Positions 55,837-64,000 of a stretch of 64,000 nucleotides of DNA are shown here, one piece after another; positions within the stretch are counted from its first letter, which is position 1; each line of letters opens with the position of its first letter. The stretch covers positions 70,990,001 through 71,054,000 of the forward strand of contig OZ024746.1 in assembly GCA_964016885.1 (NCBI GenBank), in the 5' to 3' direction. The DNA is from Eledone cirrhosa (Eukaryota). A program made the position numbers and the translations under genes. The notes beneath the pieces are model-generated. The model searched no databases and was not told the DNA's origin. It was given only the letters and a program-made list of their open reading frames with translations.

Positions 55837-56184
55837 TCTTCTTTTTGGTAAATATCATCTTTGTGCTCTACCTTTGCTCACTATAAAAGCTTCACGGCAC
55901 AGGCATTGCTTTACATCTGGAGATCTCTCTGCACTTGTCGTCACATGGTACCATGGGCCCAGCACTATGTGTCAATAATTGTCACAAGTGTAGTGTTTGT
56001 ACCAGAGTTTTCAAGTCGCTGGCTGGACTAAAAAGTCACACTCGTTCAGCGCATCGGTAGGGGTTCTCCTACATGGATATAAAGTAGTGGCCGTACTCGA
56101 AAACGAGTTGGCAGCCACCACGATATATATATATATATATACACCTCAACAACATATGTACTTGTCTATACCACACTAATTCGG

Positions 56185-56239
56185 ACTGCCTGAAGAGGTC
56201 ACAGCCAAAGATGGCTGTCACCGAAATATATATAGCAGT
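56185..56239 (+). ncRNA. Minimal type I hammerhead ribozyme
   Basis: actgc-CTGAAGA-ggtcacagcc aaagat ggctgtcacc-GAAA-tatata-TA-gcagt: 5-bp stem I, 9/10-bp stem II, palindromic stem III. Confidence 0.8.
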
Positions 56240-56284
56240 AATAAACGAAGGTAAATTTTAAACATTTGACTTTTTATTTTACCT

Positions 56285-56321
<37 letters not shown>

Positions 56322-56475
56322 TATATATAAATATATATTTATTAAAATAACAGATTAAAGTTTAAGCAAAGAATCGCTGCTTTCACCCTTAACGGGATCT
56401 TCTGAAACTAACAAAGTCAATCTTATCGAGCCCTCTTTGGATTTTAGTCTTCAATTTTATTATTATTACTATATA

Positions 56476-56543
<68 letters not shown>

Positions 56544-56989
56544 CTAAAAATAGTTTTTTCAGCTTCAAAAGTTTCCTCACCTTGATGTAAGGACCTTCTC
56601 AGGAATATATCTAGGAAAAACACACAATAGAAAGAGAGAGAGAATGAAATGAAGAGAAAAGAATGGATTAAAGAAGTAGGATGGCAAAGGGAGAGAAAGA
56701 CAGAAAGAAGATAATCGGAAATCCCCGAAATTGGCACGAACTCATGACGGTGATGGTTAAAAATAAATAGTTGTTAAGTAGAGACATGTTCATATTAAAC
56801 ATCACATACCGACACCATTTATCATCCGAGAAAAAATATGGACCGAACCTTTAGTACCATTGTACACCCAGAACATATCGTGCTGCTCCAGCATGGACTT
56901 ATCTCTGTCAGTGAAAGAGAAACTAAAGAATTGAGGAACTAAAGAATTGAGGAACTAAATGCCACAATACTATATGACAACGCATTAAA

Positions 56990-57620
56990 TTGAATGGACC
57001 TTCGTCGGTTTCGACAATGAACGTTCCAGTGGCTCGATCAACGAACCCACGTGCTAGTGAAATTAACGTGCAAGGGACTGAGTATTCTATTGACATATGT
57101 ACCCTTAATATAATTCTCAGGGAGATTCAGTGAGACACTGTGTGGGACAAGACTGAACCTTTGGATTGCAGGTAAAGTCCATCATGTACTGTGACATACG
57201 TGGCTGAGCATTCCATTGACATGTGAACCCTTTACATAATTCTCAGGGAGATTCAGTGAGACACTGTGTGTGACAAGACTGAACCTTTGGACTGCAGGTA
57301 AAGTCCATCATGTATTATGATATAAGTGGTTGAGTATTCCAACGGCATGTGTACCCTTAACGTAATTTTCAAGGAGGTTAAGCGTAACAATATATGACAA
57401 GATTGGACATTACAGATGTAATCCATCTTGTTATACTGAAAGTGGCTGAGTATTCCACTGGCATTTATATCTTTAACGTAATTCTCATGGAGATTTAGCT
57501 TGACTCATTGTATGACAGTCGATAAAATAAAGTACCAGTAATGTACTGGGTAATTGCTGGCCTTGTGCCAAAACTAGAAACAATTATATGACAAGGTTGG
57601 ACCTTTGAATTACAGGTACA
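56990..57620 (-). mobile_element. SINE family C with internal ~120-bp tandem amplification
   Basis: Unit gctgagtattcc..gacatgtgtacccttaa..taattctcagggagattcag..gacac..tgtgacaagactgaacctttg repeated about four times; related copies at 45450-45630 (-), 24765-24900 (+) and 58385-58830 (+). Confidence 0.65.
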
Positions 57621-59561
57621 AATGGTCTTGCAAATAGTTTCTGTCAATCCAATGTCACCCATAAAGCTTGGGTCAACCAGAAGATATAGTAAATCATACT
57701 TACCCAAGATGTCGCGCAGTGGGATCGAACGCGGGACTTCATGTTAGTGAAGCGAACTTTTTTACTCATTCGGCCATGTTGTGTCTATAACAACACAGTA
57801 TTCTGTATCAACACAGTTCGAGGGATCCTATATCTTGTGTGCCCACGGAGCTACATCTGGACAGTTCCTATCCAAGATGTAGGTCTGGGTAAGGTTTTTT
57901 TAAAAAAAGTCTCTATCTGTTCACATATACCAGTGTCCCTACTCCGCATCATCTTTGATGCTCAAGGGAAAAGCAAAGTTAATGCAGCTTGGCAATAGTG
58001 ACGTTGTGGGTGAAATCAAGAGGTAAAATGTCGAAAGAGATACCGCTAGGTATCATGTCCGGCACCGGATGTTCTAACAATTTCTCCAATCTACAACCCT
58101 GGACTACAACATATACTTTATTTATCGACCACGATAGGATGAACGGCGAAGTCGACCCGACGATTTCTGAATTCAGAACGCAAAGAATTAAAACATATTG
58201 TAAGGCAATTAAACCGATACTGAAATGACTGGCAATTCACTGTTTTAACAATATAACATTAGGTAACTAATCCATAAACTCAGTATTCGGTAACTAATCC
58301 ACAGACATGCTAGGTATATCACGTCAGACATACACTGTGAGATTTGGCAACGTTTTTGTGTTTCCTGGTGTACTCTAATTAGTTGTGAAGGTGCGTAACT
58401 TAGTGGTTATGGTGTTCTGCTGACAATCGTAAAGTTGTGAGTTTGATTCCCGGCGGCACTTGGGAGCCTTGAGCAAGTTACCCCAGTTCGTTTAGCTGGA
58501 AAAAAAATTAATTGTACGCCTGATTCGAAAAGCCATTCTTGCCACGCTGTGTGTCATGCTGGAGCTACCTGAGAATTTCAATAAGGGCACACATGTCTTT
58601 GGAATGCTCAGCTACTTAAACTATACTACAATAAAGACCGTGTCTGTGATTCGAAGGGCCAGGCTTGTTAGAAACCTTATCTCAAACCGCGTCTCGCTGA
58701 ATTTACATAAGAACTACATTAGGTGCACAGTTGTCTGTGGAATGCTCAGCCACTTCCACGTTAATTTCACGAGCAGATTATTCTGTTATTCTAACAATTA
58801 GAACATTCGTAGTCGGAACCAATGGAACCCACATACACACACGCACACACATACACACATGCACACACATGCACACACACAGACAGACTCACAAACATGC
58901 ACACACAAGCACACACATTCACACACACTCACACACACACACATAAAACACATGCACAAATAAAACACATACACAAATAAACACATATACACAAACACAC
59001 ACGCCCAAACAAACACACATACACACACAAATACATACCTACACTCACACATATGTACACACGCAATCTGATTGGTTAATATCATTGTTTATGAGCTAGT
59101 AGATCATCTACTACGTTTCACCAAATGTTTTCTTATCCTGACCTGACTGTCATATATTTTATCCGTCATAAATTGAAGTTGAAGACATTACTAAATATAT
59201 TTTACGAGGCTACATTGTTAAATATACAGAAATACGGGACAATGCACTGGTAACATTTATATTTATATATTGTATTGCTGGTTGTTTCTTGACTTGGAGT
59301 TGGCTAACTTCACCGGATTTAAATGTCCAAGATAAGCTATATATCACAACGAAACTGAATTCAATAAGGAATTAAGGACCCATGGTTGGGTTGATGGATC
59401 CACTTCTTAGGTAAGTGTATATTTCTGATATACTTATGTAAACTCTCCCATTAAAAAGAAAAAAAAAATCTACGTGACCTGTAAGTTTACTAGATATAGT
59501 AGTAATATCTCCCTCAAATAATTCCATCAATTTCTTTTCTTTTTTGGAAAAGAGGCACACA

Positions 59562-61519
59562 TCTATCTATATCTATCTATCTTTTTGCAACATCAAGAAG
59601 AACTCACCCAAGGGTAAGGTTCTGCAAACATGCAAGATGATGATTTTGGATAAAAGCCACCATGAGCCATAAACGAGAAACTGAAGCTTTGGATCGGACA
59701 ATAAGGGATCTGAGAGAAAATATTTGCATAATGGGAGGAGTGACAATGGTTCTTGTCGGTGATTTCAGACAAATTCTGCCTGTAATTCTTCGAGGAAATC
59801 GAGCTGATCAGGTCAATGCCTGTCTGAAAACATCCTATCCCTGGCTCCACTTTCAGCGGCTAAGCCTTACAACCACTATGCGAGTGCACTTAACTGGTGA
59901 TGAAGGTGTCAGAGAGTTTGCCATCCAACTACTTAAATTGGGAAATGGGCTTCTTGAAAAGGACTCCAACGACCAGATTCAGTTGTCATTTGGCCATATC
60001 ATTGACACAGAACAAGAACTGATTGCCAGAGTGTTTCCAAACATTCAGATCAAACAATGTGATCCGAAATGGCTCTGTGAACAAGACATTTTAGCACCGA
60101 AAAATGTTGATGTGAAAGAGATCAATAGAATGCTGCTGGAGATGTTACCAGGAGAGAAAATATGCTACAAATCAGTTGACACAATCACTTCCCAAGACCA
60201 GGTTGTAAACTATCCAACTCGACTTTTGAACAGTCTTGAACTAGCAGGAATTCCTCCACACAACCTGATACTGAAGCTTGGAGAATCGGTTATGCTACTT
60301 CGTAATCTGGATCCTCCAAAACTTTGTAATGGCATAAGAATCATCATTAAAAATACGATGCCTAAAATGATTTGTCATGTGAATTTCAAAGACTTCAATT
60401 TCCTATCAGACTCAGTTTTGCCATGACCATCAATAAATCTCAAGGGTAATCATTGAAAGACTTTGGGTTCAACCTGACAGATCCTCTCTTTGAACATGGT
60501 CAGCTCTATAACAAAGGTTGGAAACCCTGATTGTCTCTTCATTGTGGCACCACAGGGCAAAACCAAGAATGTTGTTTATCCAGAGGCTTTGAAATGAGCA
60601 ATATCGTAATTCCTCGTTCAATGACGATACAAACAGATCCGAATTCCTTAGTCATGTAGTTTGTAAGGAATTCTGAAGTCGCATCTTTACTGCATGGTGT
60701 TACTTTGTAAGAATATGCAGGCATTCCTGGGTACCTCTGCTATAAAAGTAGTATAAGTGAGGACTTTGTGTAGTTGAAATAGCAGCCAAATTTCCTTCAA
60801 ACCTTATTTTTCCACCTTACTTTCTCATGTATGCATATATGTATGAAGCAAAAAGGAAAGGTTCTATATGATATCTCGATCTACTAGAAATATTAGAAAA
60901 ATCCATTTCAAATAGCAACCAACTGTCTTACACACATACATGTGTGTGTATGTATCTATGTATGTCATGGGAGCCACTATAACTGTTAGTATATCTAATA
61001 GAAATAGAAAACAAATTTCCCTCAAACAAGATCCTACTGCCATAGGGGCAAAGATTGGTGAAAGATACAATATAAAAATTTAAATACACTTTCTCGAATT
61101 ACAGAACTGAGTAAGTAAATACTTCATTCTTTCATAAACTAATGCTAAGTTTATTTTTTTAATTTTATTTTATGTAAACATCACATGTTGTTTGAATTTC
61201 AGAGGTTCAGATTGTGCAAAAATAAAAATAAATAAATAAATAAATAAAAAAAGATCTAAATGTATTTTTTGGTCATGCCCTTTTCACTGACAACATACCT
61301 AATGATTCTTCCAAGTGTGAAGCATTATGTATGCTGAAAAAAACTGGAAAAAAACTAATAATATTTTTATCTAGATAATTTGCTATGAACAAACGGCAGT
61401 AAATATTCTGCTATAATTCCTACTTTAGTTAAAATTCAGCAATCTAATTTCAATGGTCAAATATTTTGTAATATTGTAAAATTAATAAAATACCCGGGTA
61501 TCACCGGTAGCTCAGCTAG
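59562..61519 (+). mobile_element. Non-autonomous/decayed Helitron (extent approximate)
   Basis: a|TCTATCTATATC candidate 5' end before the helicase remnant; 3' hairpin tacccgggtatcaccggta followed by CTAG|T at 61516-61520. Confidence 0.55.
59587..60598 (+). pseudogene. Pif1-family helicase remnant of a Helitron
   Basis: GGVTMVLVGDFRQILPV, ILAPKN, LLRNLDPPKLCNG; after a frameshift FPIRLSFAMTINKSQG*SL...EHGQLY...KTKNVVYPEAL; contains stops and frameshifts. Confidence 0.9.
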
Positions 61520-62319
61520 TATAGGAATAAACCAGCCAACAATAGTAAAAAAATATCGCTCTCTAATTACATACTACTGACTTAAAAAAGGAAAACGCAT
61601 TAAATAATGAAGCTATACAAAAAGAAAGTACGTGGGAAGTAGGTGTGGACGTAGAGATTTTAGCCTTGATCTTTGCTGACCTCTAAAACAGATGTGATTC
61701 CCAAAACACGGCCCAATTAAAGCAACTAGGATTCCAGAGCTATAGAACAATTTGAGCTCCTAACACTTGCTCGCAAGAAACTTAGTAAAAATTAAATGTT
61801 GAATGTTGGCCTACATATAGAACTGTGTTGAGATTCCAGCACCTACCCATGCTGATCACCGAGACAGAAATAGTGCTCAAATGATGTATTTAATAACAAT
61901 TATAAGAAATCAGACATGGGCAACCCTTTTCGAGCAGTGGGCCGCATCATAATGCGGGCCGTACTACTAAAAAATTTGCCAATGACTGTTCTAAATTTGA
62001 CCCAAAATGCCGTGTTTCTTAGCTATATTTTAATATTATGTTTAAATATATATTCATACTGAATATATGATCTTGGTGCGTAACTCATTTAGCCTATAAG
62101 TAAATCTAGTGCTGTTTTCCAACTCTCTCGTATGTAAACTTGATCCAAGGATGCATTTTGATATTTTGTGGTGATTAGTCGAAATTAAAAGGCTATGACG
62201 CGACACTCAAAGACTGTTTGAATCGTTATTAAACAGGACCCGGGTACTTTTTCAACACGAAGACCCATTTTTAGCTAAAAACGTAAAAAGATGACAATTA
62301 AGGCTATCAGTGTCGTACT

Positions 62320-63525
62320 GGCAGTACCGGTAGAGGGTCGGACGCCATTCTTTGCAGCATAGAGTTACGGCCCTTGTCATTCTGAGTTCAAATCCCGCTG
62401 AGGTTAACTTTGCCTTTCATCCTTACGGGGTCGATAAAATAAAGTGCCAATAATGCAGTGGGTAATTGCTGGCCTTGTGCCAAAAGTAGAAACAATTATT
62501 TATTGAGTTTCTAATTTAGACCAACAATTTTTTTTATGGTGGTCGGGAGTGAGATGATGAAATCCACTGTAGTTCTCAACTGATACTTTATTTTATCGAC
62601 TCCGGAAAGCTGAAAGGCAAAGTTGGTCTCAGTTAGATTGGAACTCAGAACGTAGAAAGTCGTAACTAAGCATTTTTGTGTCACGTTCTACTGCCAATTT
62701 ACCGTTCTATTTTTAGTTAATAATGGTTTCTGATATAGGCACAAGGCCAGCAATTTCGTGGGTGGAGGGTGGGGGGAGTCGACTAAATCTATCCCAATAT
62801 GTTACTGACACTTTATTTTATTTACCCTGTAAGGATGAAAGGCAAAGCTAACCTCAGCGGGATTTGAACTCAGAACGTAAAGGGCCGTAACACTATGTCG
62901 TGTAGCATGTTGTCCGACGCTCTACCGGTACTGCCAATCGACCGCCCTATTTTTAGCTAACAATGATTCCACACTAAGTACAAGGCCAATAAATACGGGG
63001 AAGGGAAAAGTCGATTAAATTGAATCTACTACAACCTTGAAATGTCGAAAGATGAAGTTGACTTCGGTGGGATTTGAACTCAGAACGTAAAGGGCGGAAA
63101 CATTTTGTCTGACGCTCTAACGATTTTATCAACCCATCACCTCCCGGAACCACAAAATTATAAGCAAAAATACATACAAGTACAAGAAATATTGTATTTA
63201 ACTGACTTTTTTTTTACTCAGTGCGAATCTTATCTGAAGTCGCTTCAATGTCCCATCATAAGTTGTGACATATTAATACAAGATTGTAGATTTATTAGAA
63301 TAGAACAATGGTTTCTGATTTAGGTACAAGGCCAACAATTTTGAGTGAGGAGAAATTTGATTTAACCGAACCCAGTGTGTTACTGGTGCTTTATTTTATC
63401 GATCCCGCAATGAAGAAAGGCAAATCTAACCTTGGTGGGATTTGAATTCAGGGCGTAAAGGGACGTAACTATATGCCGTGAGGCATGTTGTCCGACGCTC
63501 TACCGATACTGCCAATTCACTGCCC
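62320..63525. mobile_element. Second cluster of family A SINEs (one +, four -)
   Basis: Plus copy 62320-62500; minus copies near 62500, 62720, 62960 and 63305. Confidence 0.8.
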
Positions 63526-64000
63526 TTGTCTGTTCTTTTTTGTTCTCAGAAGTAGCCGTACTCGGACACCTGTTGGCTTTCTCTATGTATGTATGTTCTG
63601 GTTTTATAATTTCACAATTTTTTTTTTGCCAATAGAGAGAGTCGGTTTCTAACATAGACACAATTCATTGGAATTTACACAACATCAACTAGGTAGATGT
63701 GTATGCATGTCTGCATGCATGCATGTGTAGATATGGATGTGTATGTTTTGAGTTGTATGTGTGCATGTGTATATGCTTTGTATCTGTACATGTGTATATG
63801 CAGTTATTAGATGCAACGTTTTTGGAATGTTTTACATATTTTTACTGTTCCATTAATGGATTGTACTTGTAATTTCCTAACTAGTTGTGTTCTTTCTGTT
63901 CCTGTGAAGCCCAGCTTCTCAAGATTTGTTTTGAGGCGGTTACTAACATATCCCAGTGCCCCAATAATCACAGGCATAAATCTGAAGATATAATCAGGTG

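Noticed and set aside
59662-60426. Cellular PIF1 gene
   Set aside because: Intronless, lacks Walker A, has frameshifts and stops; Helitron-type motifs and ends

Overview
Eukaryotic, very AT-rich and microsatellite-rich DNA with one 200-N gap. The repeat landscape and zinc-finger style suggest an octopus or other coleoid cephalopod (inference). Two host genes are supported. (1) The 3' part of a tau-tubulin kinase (TTBK/Asator, CK1 group) on +, reconstructed as five phase-compatible exons (1-44, 2473-2643, 3314-3693, 6809-8812, 27905-28130). Its last intron is about 19 kb and splits a TTBK2-like 'PPG..P.KP....AR-RRYK' motif. (2) A single-coding-exon gene with seven C2H2 zinc fingers on - (47718-48437). 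The rest is mobile DNA: an internally deleted mariner, a decayed Helitron/Pif1 helicase, CR1/L2, RTE, Dong/R4-type and probable Tx1/L1-type LINE ends, several SINE families, piggyBac-type and hAT-type MITEs, and minisatellites. The most unusual signal is a set of short, mutually unrelated elements embedded in (TA)n tracts. They carry inverted or tandem terminal duplications, and three contain near-complete minimal type I hammerhead ribozymes (13606, 21441, 56185), consistent with Penelope-like/retrozyme-like remnants. One related unit contains a tRNA-like fold. Most long ORFs in the supplied track are microsatellite artefacts.
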